Source: Octopus sinensis (Eukaryota). From it: a DNA stretch of 51,300 nucleotides. Below, piece by piece: positions 23,600-35,716 of the stretch. The DNA is taken from the NCBI RefSeq assembly GCF_006345805.1, contig NW_021834169.1, positions 1-51,300 of the forward strand. Reading direction: 5' to 3'. The notes beneath the pieces were generated by a model, which saw only the letters and a list, made by a program, of their open reading frames with translations, ran no database searches and was not told where the DNA came from. The translations under genes and the position numbers were made by a program. Numbering within the stretch: position 1 is the stretch's first letter; each line of letters begins with the position of its first letter.

Positions 23600-23815
23600 C
23601 TTACGACGGCGAGCTTGTAAGATCGTTAGCGCGGCGGACTTAATGATCAGTGACGTTTCTTGCGGCTCTTTACGTTCTGAGTTCAAATTCTGCTGAGGTT
23701 AACTTTGCCTTTTATTATATCGGGGTCGGTTAAGCAAGTACCAGTTGAGCAGTGGGGTCAATGAAATCGACTATGTACCCTGGATATCTCAAGCCTTGTC
23801 CCTAAAGGAGAAAAT
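23600..23815 (+). mobile_element. SINE family B, diverged
   Basis: gacggcgagct..ttctgagttcaaattc..aagtaccagttgagcagtggggtc. Confidence 0.8.
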
Positions 23816-24077
23816 ATTATTATGTCTTCTTAATTTCTAGACAGTCAGCTGGCTGAGTCGTTAGCACATCGGACAAACAGGCCCTATGCTTCTTGTAAAG
23901 TAGTGAGGACTAACCTTCGTTAAATAAAACACCTTTTTTACTCAGTTCAATATTTCAATATTTATCTTTATTTTTTTTTGAGCAAAGTTAATCTTCCTGC
24001 CGTGTTGCTTTTGGAAGAAGTAGCATTGCGCATGACATATGTAACTATGCGAAACAAGTGGGCTTCATATTATACCT

Positions 24078-24306
24078 ATTTCTTTACTACCCACAAGGGG
24101 CTAAACACAGAGGGGACAAACAAGGACAGACATAGGTATTAAGTCGATTACATCGACCCCAGTGCGTAACTGGTACTTAATTTATCCACCCCGAAAGGAT
24201 GAAAGGCAAAGTCGACCTCGGCGGAATTTGAACTCACAACGTAACGGCAGACGAAATACCGCTAAGCATTTCGCCCGGCGTGCTAACGTTTCTGCCAGCT
24301 CGCCGC
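24078..24306 (-). mobile_element. SINE family B, full-length young monomer
   Basis: Perfect 15-bp TSD cttcatattatacct at 24063-24077 and 24307-24321. Confidence 0.97.
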
Positions 24307-24998
24307 CTTCATATTATACCTGTCTCATTTAACCCTGTGCCCGTTTGTGATTGACTTCCAGTTAGTGGTGTGACCATTCTTCTGAGGCCATCCATTATGT
24401 CTGTATGCATAACAGTAGCACAGTGTTAAAGGGGAATATTCCTTCATTTTGGGCTTCAGTCGAGTATTTGAGAGTGAATAGCACAGACAGGAAGTTGAAA
24501 TATTTTCTAGCCCTCGAAAGTTGAGGTGTAGTTATGCTAAGAAAGGGTTAATGTGGGGGAATTGCTACGTGTGTGAGCCTTACTGTATCTAAGTTTTTTT
24601 TTCTACATATTGTGTGTATGTATGTGTAAGTATAATATATTTTGTTGTTCATGCATGTGTCTGTGCGTGTAAGTCTGAATGTGTGTGTGTGTGTGTGTGT
24701 GTGTGTACGGGTTGGCAGGAGCAATAAATGTTTCAAGACAAAAACAAAAATAAGCGAAAAAATAAAAGTAAATATATATAGAGAGAAAGAGACAAACTGT
24801 GAGAGAGGGAGAGAGAATGGAGGTTAAAAATAAGGAAAGACAACTGAAAGAGATAACTAGAAAATGAGAGAGAAGAAATATTAGTTTTTATGAGGTGAAA
24901 AAGGGAGAGAGAGTGAGGCAGTGAGAGTAGGAGCGAGAGAGAGAAAGGCAGATAGAGAGAAGAGAAGGATAGAGAAAAATTGATAACCATAGAACATG

Positions 24999-25033
<35 letters not shown>

Positions 25034-25046
25034 ATGAATGTATATG

Positions 25047-25077
<31 letters not shown>

Positions 25078-25399
25078 TATACACACACACACACATTATC
25101 TATGGAGAGACAGACAGACAGACAAACTGGGGGAAGTGAGGTGAAGAAGGGTGTGGGTGCACTTAACATTCTTCAGAAAGTGACACGTTGGACAGGATGG
25201 GAAGTTTTTGAAAGTAAAGTAGGGAAGGAATCGCAAAACTAAAAAAAAAAAAAACAGAAAAAAGAACTTAAAAAAAAAACGAAAGGTAAAAAGCACCGAC
25301 AGCAAATTGAATTTGAGCAAAGAATGAAACAGAAGCATCCCGTGTTCAATTCTTGCTTGAGAAAGAAAGAAACTTTATGGGTGAAAAGGGCCATTTTAA

Positions 25400-25881
25400 T
25401 ATATGCTCACGCACTCGCGTTCCTTTCTTCTAAATCTCTCGTGTGCTGGGTCCAAAGTGCCAGAGCCTCAGGATGGTGTTGACACTGCATCACCTGGCAC
25501 CTAGAAGAGCAGCTGCGACCGGCCAAAGCGAAGAAATCTTAAGAAGACCAAAGACCAGATGTCTGTGACTGAGTGCAATCCACACCATTCTTTGTGAACC
25601 TCGGCTAGCTTTCAACAGAGGCAGCTACACATGCAATCTCTTTTCTGGACGGTTGGGCTTCGTGTTAGAATTCAGTCACGAGAGAGAAAAAAACCCCACC
25701 AAAACACTTCAAGTTATGAAACCAGTTCAAAATGCGAAGGTATCGGAATACTTGGGGCAACGAGCGTCGCTTGCTGGAGACAATGTGCCGTTACAGTGAG
25801 GGCTGTTATTGGTCGATGCTGCTGGAATGCCTTGACTGTCCCATGCGTCGCCGACCCCCACGGTTGAAGAGATGAGTCTAA
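25400..25881 (+). other. Candidate 5' exon (UTR with uORFs, ending ATG AGT CTA A|gtaagg); 5' boundary unknown
   Basis: Unique, GC-richer sequence; consensus donor at 25882; ATG at 25872 with a purine at -3. Confidence 0.25.
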
Positions 25882-26074
25882 GTAAGGGATATTGTTAGCG
25901 TTGGGCATTTTGTAGCAATACAACAGTGGTGGTGGCGATGGCGGTGGTGTGGGTTCTATTTTTTTTTATTCTGTTAATAGTTTCAGTCGTAGAACACGAC
26001 CATGTTGGAGCAATGTTGTAGTGGGAAGAGTGGTAATTTAAGAGGATACTGTTGATACTGCTGCTGTATCACCA

Positions 26075-26454
26075 GTGGAGGTGCAATGGCCCAGTGGTTA
26101 GAAGAGTAGACTCCCGGTCATAGGGCGCGGTTTCGATTCCCAGACCGGACGTTGTGAGTGTTTATTGAGCGATAATACATAAAGCTCCACGAGGCTCCGG
26201 CAGGGGATGGGTGGAGAACCCTGCTGTACTCTTTCACCACAACTTTCTCTCACTCTTTCTTCCTGTTTCTCTTGTACCTGTATTTCAAAGGGCCAGCTTT
26301 GTCACACTGTGTGTAACGCTGAATCTCCTTGAGAACTATGTTAAGGGTTCATGTGTCTGTGGAGTGCTCAGCCACTTGCACGTTATTTTCACGAACAGGC
26401 TGTTCCGTTGATCGGATCAACTAGAACCCTCGTCGTCGTAACCGACGGAGTGCC
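26075..26454 (+). mobile_element. SINE family C, full length
   Basis: A-box tggcccagtgg, B-box gtttcgattccc; colinear with 14804-15189. Confidence 0.9.
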
Positions 26455-26929
26455 GTAGTAATGAATCATTATGCAAATGATATTTCTGTTGTTTTTGTTG
26501 TTATTTCTGCTGGTGTTCTTGATGATGATGCTCAGTTCCTTGTTTATAAATTAAAAGGGATCCTTGTGCAAAATTATAACGTCGATGTAGAAAGGAGCGA
26601 ATCTATCTTTTCTATCCCAGACGGCGTACAAAAGACAAACTTCCATACAGTTTCCGTCTTCGAAATGAAAACTTAGTTAATACAAGACTATACTCCATCA
26701 GATTTTACAGTAGCAGGCTCTTGATCGAACTGCTGCGTTGGTGATTCGATCCCATTTCTCATAATTGCAAAGCAAAATTAATTCAGCGCTTGGCCAAGAC
26801 TTCTCCGAAACTGTACGCTTTTATATTCCATAAACGAACAAGCATAGACGCACGGACAAATACAAAATTATTCGCATAGAGAATCATCACATACGCCAAA
26901 CGAAACGTATCTATACACTCATACACATG

Positions 26930-27298
26930 CAACATATTATATACATATATATGTGCGCTTGTGTGTGTATATATAAATGTGTATGTATATATTTACACAC
27001 ATATATGTATCTATATATACATATATATACGTATTTGTATATCGTATATACCTATATATATATATATATACATCCACCCATGTATACACATATATACGTA
27101 TATATATATATACATGCATGTATACATAAACATATATAAGTATATATATATATATACATGCATGTATATATACACATATATAAGTATATATATATATACA
27201 CATGCATGTATAACTACACATATATACGTATATATATTATATATACATATATAAATATATATATATATACACACACACGACCACATGCATATATATAT

Positions 27299-27392
<94 letters not shown>
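26930..27392. repeat. TA/CA array followed by (TA)n(AG)n
   Basis: Direct reading. Confidence 0.95.
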
Positions 27393-27395
<3 letters not shown>

Positions 27396-27717
27396 AAGTC
27401 TTCGAGGTGAACACATGCAATTATTTTACCAGTTGAATTGTGTTACATTCCTGGATTTCAACATTTTCTTCTTTTGTTTGGTTTTAATTTTCTCCACCAC
27501 CACACAACTGCCCCTCCCACCCTCTTCCACCCACAACCACTACTACCACTACCAAGATTGCCATTAATCCGTTCGCTATTAACCACCAATTCCACTATGA
27601 CCAAAACCACTGCTACCATTACTATCATCACCACCACCACCACAAACATCACCAGCACCACCACTAGCATTGTCACTTGTACTACAACTACTACTACTAC
27701 CACTAGCAATAATAATC

Positions 27718-28320
27718 TTTTTCTAGTAAAGGCACAAGTCCTGGAATTTTGGGTGAGATATAAGTCGATTACATCGACCCCAGTGTTTCACTGGTACTTA
27801 TTTTATCGACACGAAAGGATAAAAGGCAAAGTTGACCTCGCTGGAATTTGAACTCAGAACTTAGCGCAGACGAAATATCTCTAAGAATTTCGCCCGGCGT
27901 GCTAACGATTCCTATTTCTTTATTGCCCACAAGGAGCTAAACATAGAGGGGACAAACAAGGACAGACAAAGGGATTAAGTCGATTACATCGACCCCAGTG
28001 CGTAATTGGTACTCAATTTAGCGACCCCGGAAGGATGAAAGGCAAAGCCGTCCTCGGCGGGATTTGAACTCAGAACGTAACAACAGACGAAATACCTATT
28101 TCTTTACTACCCACAAGGGGCTAAACACAGAGAGGACAAACAAGGACAGACAAACAGATTAAATCGATTATATCGACCCCAGTGCGTAACTGGTACATAT
28201 TTAATCGACCCCGAAATGATGAAAGGCAAAGTCGACCGGAATTTGAGCTCAGAACGTAACGGCAGACGAAATACCGTTAACATTTCGCCCGGCGTGCTAA
28301 CGTTTCTGCCAGGTCGCCTC
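27718..28320 (-). mobile_element. Family-B SINE trimer
   Basis: Junctions at 27911 (gctaacgatt|cctatttc) and 28095 (gacgaaatac|ctatttc). Confidence 0.92.
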
Positions 28321-28814
28321 ATTAGAACAAGCGATAATAATACCGTGTACCTTAACCACTATTGCTACTATCACCACTACCGTTACTAATACAGCCACTA
28401 TCATAGTAACATCATAGCTCCCACGACCTAACGTTGCTACGATAACTTTCTACAACCACTACTATAAACACCACTACTACTACTACTGAATTCACGGACA
28501 ATGGACGTCAGTTTTCAATGTCTTCTGCACCAAATCCGCCATGTTGGGTGCAACTATTATCAACTACGTCTTATCGAGAAGCCACTCTTTACAGTCGGTA
28601 TTCTAATAAACATATGAAGATGCAATGCTTAGATAGACGAGGTGTGGAAATATGGTGTACTGTCCATATCTCATTCCTCTATGACTCTCTACAGCCCACA
28701 TTCTAATAAACATATGAAAATATTGTCCTAGCTGGACTAGGTCTGGTGATAAAATGGTATCACCTTAGTTGGAAGAGGTTTGACTACAGAAATGCTGGTT
28801 AGAGGTTGATATTA

Positions 28815-29068
28815 TTTTATTTATGTATGCGCCCTTTTCAAGCCTCGCCAGGCTCATGGGCCTGGTTTCCCGGTTTCTATGGCATATATGTTCCTCTCAG
28901 CTGGGCGGGACGCCAGTCCATCGCAACGTTATTCAAGAAACATGAGGAGAGAGTGAGAGAAAGTTGAGGCGAAAGAGTACAAGAGGGGTCACCACCACCC
29001 CCTGCCGGAGCCTCTTGGAGCTTTTAGGTGTTTTCGCTCAATAAACACACACAACGCCCGGTCTGGGG
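28815..29068 (-). mobile_element. Chimeric SINE: family-C 5' half with a different, Meta/V-domain-like 3' half
   Basis: Minus strand accgggcgttgtg..gagcgaaaacacct matches C, then gcgatggactggcgtccc..atagaaaccgggaaac. Confidence 0.7.
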
Positions 29069-29239
29069 TTGAGCGGCTTTCTCTTCTGCGGGTCTTACGA
29101 ATAGCAAAGGACCACGCTTCGGACTTCTCCCACTACAGAGGCGCGATCTTGCGAGCTCTGGGACGAAGACCGCTTCGCTCAACAGCAAGAGCAACAACAA
29201 CAAAACCAATTGATGCAAAAGCAAGAAAACAGAAGTATA

Positions 29240-29637
29240 TTAGGCGCAGGCATGACTGCTTCCCAATCTCATGGTTCTGGTTTCAGTCCCACTGCGTGGC
29301 ACCCTGGACGAGTTTCTTCTGCTATAGCCTTGGGCCGACCACAATCTTCTGAGTGGATTTGGTAGAAGGGAACCGAAAGGAGCGCATCATATGTGGCCCT
29401 CTGCACGCGTGCGTGTTTGTTTTTTTTGTCACCCCAGCATCGCTTGACAACCGATGCTGGTGTGCTTACATACCCGTAACTTAGCGGTTCGGCGAAAGAA
29501 AACCGATAGAATAAGGACAAGACTTACAAAGAATAAATCCTGAGTTCGTTTCTTGGACTAAAAAAAACCGTTTTAAGGCGGTGCTCCAGCATGGCCCCAT
29601 TCGAAACGATTGAAACGTGTAAAAGAACGAAACAATA
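29240..29637 (+). mobile_element. SINE family A, near full length, diverged
   Basis: taggcgcagg head through ggtgctccagcatggcc tail. Confidence 0.88.
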
Positions 29638-29929
29638 TAACGGCAACAATATCAACAAAATAAAGAATGACAATATCGCCATCTTCACCGACGAAAAGAA
29701 TTACAACAATTACAAGAAGAATAAAAACAGACAACAGCAGCAACAACAACAATAACAGCAACAACTGGTAGACCAGCCTGTAGAGAGATTCCAGCAATTA
29801 AAAACGGTAAAAAAAAAACCGTTTTTTTTCTTTTACCGTGGAATCGGTTTGTAAAAGTTCTTTCTCTCAAATAACTAACTTTCCCTGCCGCCATCAATCT
29901 GCAATCCTGTGTGTTTCTATGTACATATA

Positions 29930-29995
29930 TGCGAGTGTGTGCGTGTGTGTGTGTGTATGCGCGTGCACATACACTCACACATATATGCATATATT

Positions 29996-30032
<37 letters not shown>

Positions 30033-30062
30033 CATGCATATATTTAGGTATATGTATATATC

Positions 30063-30099
<37 letters not shown>

Positions 30100-30450
30100 A
30101 ATGTAATTGAATATTATACACATACATGTTCAAATACACACACAAATATATATAGATTATTTTAGGTATATATATATGCATATATATATATGTGTGTGTG
30201 TAATTAAATATATATATATATTATATATATATGGGCATATATACAGGAACATATGTGCTTATATATAACCAAATATATTGTAGGTATTTGTTATATCTTT
30301 GAATATATATATATATATATATATGCATATTATATATGTGTGGCATATATATATATATATATATATATATGCATATATATATATATGTGCATATATAATA
30401 TTATATATGTATATATATATATATATATAATCTGCATATATATATATGTG

Positions 30451-30491
<41 letters not shown>

Positions 30492-30634
30492 TATATATAT
30501 ATATGCAATATATATATGCCAGATATATAATATATATATGCATATATATATTGTGCATATATATATATATCTATATGCATATATATATGTGCATATATAT
30601 ATATATTATATGCATATATATATGTGCGCTATAT

Positions 30635-30669
<35 letters not shown>

Positions 30670-30990
30670 GATATCTATATATATATATGCATATATATAT
30701 AATATATATATATATTATATATATATCTATATATATATATATTTGTCATATATATATATATATATATATATAATGATATATATATATAGCATATATATAT
30801 ATGTGCATATATATATATATATATAATATATTATAATATATATATTATATATATATAACATGACACATGCTGAAACCTATATATATATATATATATATAT
30901 GTTTATAACTAAGTATATATAAATCTCAGCATATGTGTATTTTGATATATATATATATATATATGGTTATTTTATATATATATTATGTAT
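29930..30990. repeat. Long degenerate (TA)n array with GC/TG interruptions
   Basis: Direct reading. Confidence 0.95.
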
Positions 30991-31419
30991 ATAGATAGCA
31001 TCATTTACGTACGAACACACTTGCTAGTATAAATACATTCATATACAAAGTCACATAAGTACGAGAATTACGTAAATATAGTTGTATTCGTCGCACGTGT
31101 ACGCACATACACACTTAAATAAATATATACCCAGATGCATAAATATAAACCATGTGCATACACACAAACATGCTGCGTGTATATGTGTGTGTTTGTGTGA
31201 ATGTGGTTTCTTCACTGTAGGTAAATGAGAAGCTTGGATCTTGAACAAGTCTATATAGTTATAGAAGACGCACCTGTCTTCATTAGTCACTGAACATTGC
31301 TAACGCAAGCAATATATATATATATATATGTATGAGTGTTTTTTATATGTGTATATATGCGTGTATTTGCCGTATATTTGACAGGGAAGGAAAGAATAGA
31401 GAAATACATAATTAGGTAG

Positions 31420-31520
31420 GTGGAGATAGATAGATAGGTAGATAGATAGATATGTTTCTTTATTAGCCAAACAGGGCTGCACACAGACGGGACAGATTAC
31501 AGACAGATAGATAGATAGAC

Positions 31521-31560
<40 letters not shown>

Positions 31561-31658
31561 TGACAGAGAGATAGATAGTTTGATAGAGAGATAGATTGAT
31601 AGACATAGATAGATTGATAGACAGATAGATAGATTGACAGATAAATAGATAGATTGAC

Positions 31659-31694
<36 letters not shown>

Positions 31695-31780
31695 TGACAG
31701 ATAGATAGATTGACAGACAGACAGATAGATTGACAAACAGACAGACAGACAGATATATTGATAGATAGACAGATAGATAT
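31420..31780. repeat. (GATA)n/(GACA)n/(GATT)n array
   Basis: Direct reading. Confidence 0.95.
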
Positions 31781-32594
31781 GAAAAGAAAATTATCTCGGA
31801 TTGGCCAATGGCGTATATTTGAACATGGAAAATAAATAAGGTTATTAACTTACTAGGTAAGCTCTTGATAAAAAATCTATCTTGTATGATATTTAATATG
31901 GCCCTGTTTGTCTTTGTTATTCAATGCCTATGCCACTGGGCCCAGAATTATTCCTCTCAGCTTATTTCCGTTTAATTGCTATAAATTACGTTGGCCGGGA
32001 TTGTGCTTTTGTTTTATGTATGTCTGTGAGATTTGTCTGCTGAAGATAAACTAGGGCAATTCCGATGCTGATATCGCAAATTGAGGAGACCCCGTTCCAC
32101 ATATGCCACTCATTTTCAATCAAGCTTTATTTTTTTCTTTAATACCGTGTAAAGTTTAGACAATTGCTAATTCTTGAGATTATGTCACCTTCTAATCTGG
32201 ATTAATCCCAATTGCTCCAAGTAATTGTGCACGGCTTTTCTTTCCGTGTGTTATCACGGGAGAGCAGGAGTATATGCGACAGATGTGTACTACACGTGTT
32301 CTTCTGCTATAGTAGTCTTCTGCGCGTTCGGGGTAATTTTGACGATTTAAAGCCTTGCTTTCATGATCATCTTAATTTATTGGTAAACAGTTGGCGGCGT
32401 TGCAGTGCTTGAAGTTTAAAGCTGTAGTTGAGAAAAGGGTACCTGACATGGAGGACTGGAATCCATCTGAATATTGGAAAAAAAATAGAGAGACAGACTG
32501 ACAGACAGTTACATAGGTAAGTAGGTAGATAGATAGATAAATCGATAGATGGATGGATGGATGGATCAATTGACAGACCTTATATATATGTGTA

Positions 32595-33002
32595 TACTCT
32601 TTACTCTTTTACTCTTTTACTTGTTTCAGTCATTTGACTGCGGCCATGCTGGAGCACCACCTTTAGTCGAGCAAATCGACCCCGGGACTTATTCTTTGTA
32701 AGCCCAGTACTTATTCTATCGGTCACTTTTGCCGAACCGCTAAGTGACGGGGACGTAAACACACCAGCATCGGTTGTCAAGCAATGCTAGGGGAACAAAC
32801 ACACACACAAACACACACACACATGTATATATACATATACACGACAGGCTTCTTTCAGTTTCCGTCTACCAAATCCACTCACAAGGCATTGGTCGGCCAG
32901 GGGCTATAGCAGAAGACACTTGCCCAAGATGCCACGCAGTGGGACTGAACCCGGAACCATGTGGTTGGTAAGCAAGCTACTTACCACACAGCGACTCTTG
33001 CG

Positions 33003-33006
<4 letters not shown>
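32595..33006 (-). mobile_element. SINE family A, full length, young subfamily
   Basis: Complete element; TA-rich flanks. Confidence 0.95.
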
Positions 33007-33047
<41 letters not shown>

Positions 33048-33309
33048 TATTATGCAAAAAGGGTCGTAATTCCAAAACGTTGCTTTGCTTCAGAAAAAGA
33101 AAAACATAGTTGCACCATTGCATAGCAAAACCATTGTACCACAGTTTGACAATTTTTGGTATCTTTGCATCTAAAGGAGCTGCAGAAAGGAGAGTTTGAC
33201 CAAAACACCCGTCTGTTGTAAGTGAAAATAAACATTGAAAAAACAAAAAAAAAAACGCATTTGGCCAGATTTGTTCATATGACAGTGTAACATAACAATA
33301 GCAACGATA

Positions 33310-33500
<191 letters not shown>

Positions 33501-33856
33501 ATGTGTGTCTTCGTGTGTGCGTGAATACGTATGTGTGTGTATAAATCTATATATATGTACATAAGTGTATTTATACGTTTATGTGTTTTTGCATCTTGAT
33601 GGTGATTGTGGTGGTGGTGTTGGTGGTGCCTCATTACGATGGCAACAGGCAAAAAAAACAAAAAAAATAAATAAACACACTCACACACGCATATAAAAAA
33701 AAACAAAATCATAATAAACGAATAGGAGAAACACAGTTTCTGTTCTGGAATGCCGTCGTGGGTGGAATGTCTTACTGGACGAAAGCAATGAATGTCACAG
33801 TCATGTTGAGAGAGAAACGAACCAATATACTTTTCCGCACCTTAATGAAAGAAAGC

Positions 33857-33895
<39 letters not shown>

Positions 33896-34074
33896 ACAGA
33901 CAGACAGAGACTAGGGAAGGAGGAGAGGTTGTAGGGAGATATTGGTTCGGTGAAATTGTGTATAAATGAAATGGTAATAATTCTAAGAGAAGAAAATAGT
34001 TCAGTGTAACAACTGAGATTGAGGAATGAGCATGTAAGGGTTGATGTTTAAAATACTTTATATTTGGTCCGCGC

Positions 34075-34800
34075 ATGCGTGTGTGTGTGTGTGTGTGTGC
34101 GCGCGCATACACACACTCACACATATATGTATATATATGTACATACGTCACAGTCATACAGATATATATGTATGTGTATATACTCACATCTATGTATGTA
34201 TATGTACACATATAAATGTATATATATATATATTTATATATACACATATAAATGTATATATATGTATATGTATTCATATAAATGGATATATACCCATATA
34301 CATGTATACATAAAAATGTATATATACACATATACATGTATACATATAAATGTATATATACACATATACATGTATATATATAAATGTATATATACACATA
34401 TACATATGTATATATATAAATGTATATATACACATATACATGTATATATATAAATGTATATATACACATATACATGTATATATATATGTATATATATACA
34501 TACATGTATATATATGTATATATATACACATATACATGTATATATATATATGTATATATACACATATACATGTATATATGTATATATATACATACATGTA
34601 TATATATGTATATATATACACATATACATGTATATATATATATGTATATATACACATATACATGTATATATATACATATGTATATATACACATGTATATA
34701 TATATATGTGTGTATATACAAATATACATGTATATATACATATATATATACACATATATATGTGTATATATATACATATATGTCTGCGTGTGTATGTATG
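34075..34800. repeat. TA/CA minisatellite, unit about 32-34 bp (atgtatatatacacatatacatgtatatatataa)
   Basis: Direct reading. Confidence 0.95.
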
Positions 34801-35302
34801 CATCCATTTATGACAGTGTATGTAAATGCGAGCTTCCCTATAAGTGCTTGTACTAATGTACGCTATGCGATTTTCGTTCATGAATTTTCGACGATTTTTG
34901 TTTCATTACTTTTCACTGATTATGTCGAAGATTCCAAGCATTGTCTTCGGCAATTGACTCCTGGCTAACATAATTAACAACCCATCAGCCAGGAACCCCC
35001 ACCCTCCAGCCACATCGGGTATCACCACTTCTAACTTCAACGTCATGTGGGGGCCTTCGTTTCACCATTATCTTTCTCTTTAACTATTTATCTTGCTAGA
35101 TACGTTTCTATCTCTCTCTACATCAGTTTATCGTTTCATGTATCTCTCTGCTTATTTATGTATCTATTCATTTTGTCAGTCTGCGTATTTCGTTTGTCAG
35201 ATAGATAAATATATTCATATGTAGATAGCTATAAGCATAGTAATGTATCTCTATTTATCTACACGCCTAGTAATCGATATATCTATCTATCTACCTGCCT
35301 TC

Positions 35303-35716
35303 ATTCTTTATTGCCCATAAGGGGCTAAACACAGAGAGGACAAACATGGACAGACAAAAGGATTAAATCGATTACATCGACCCCAGTGTGTAACTGGTAC
35401 TTAATTTATCGACCCCGAAAGGATGAAAGGCAAAATCAACCTCGGCGGAATTTGAACTCAGAACGTAGCGGCAGGCGAAATACCTATTTTTTACTACCCA
35501 CAGGGGGCTAAACACAGAGGGGATAAACAAGGACAGACAAACGGATTAAGTCGATTACATCGACCCCAGTACGTAACTGGTGCTTAATTTATCGACCCCG
35601 AAAGGATGAAAGGCAAAGTCGACCTCGGCGGAATTTGAACTCAAAACGTAGCGGCAGACGAAATAACGCTAAGCATTTCGCCCGGTGTGCTAAAGTTTCT
35701 GCCAGCTCGCCACCTT
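35303..35716 (-). mobile_element. Family-B SINE dimer
   Basis: Junction ggcgaaatac|ctattt at ~35483; head ends gccagctcgccacctt. Confidence 0.92.

Noticed and set aside
32373-32505. Open frame LAALQCLKFKAVVEKRVPDMEDWNPSEYW
   Set aside because: Weak acceptor and donor, unrecognised peptide.
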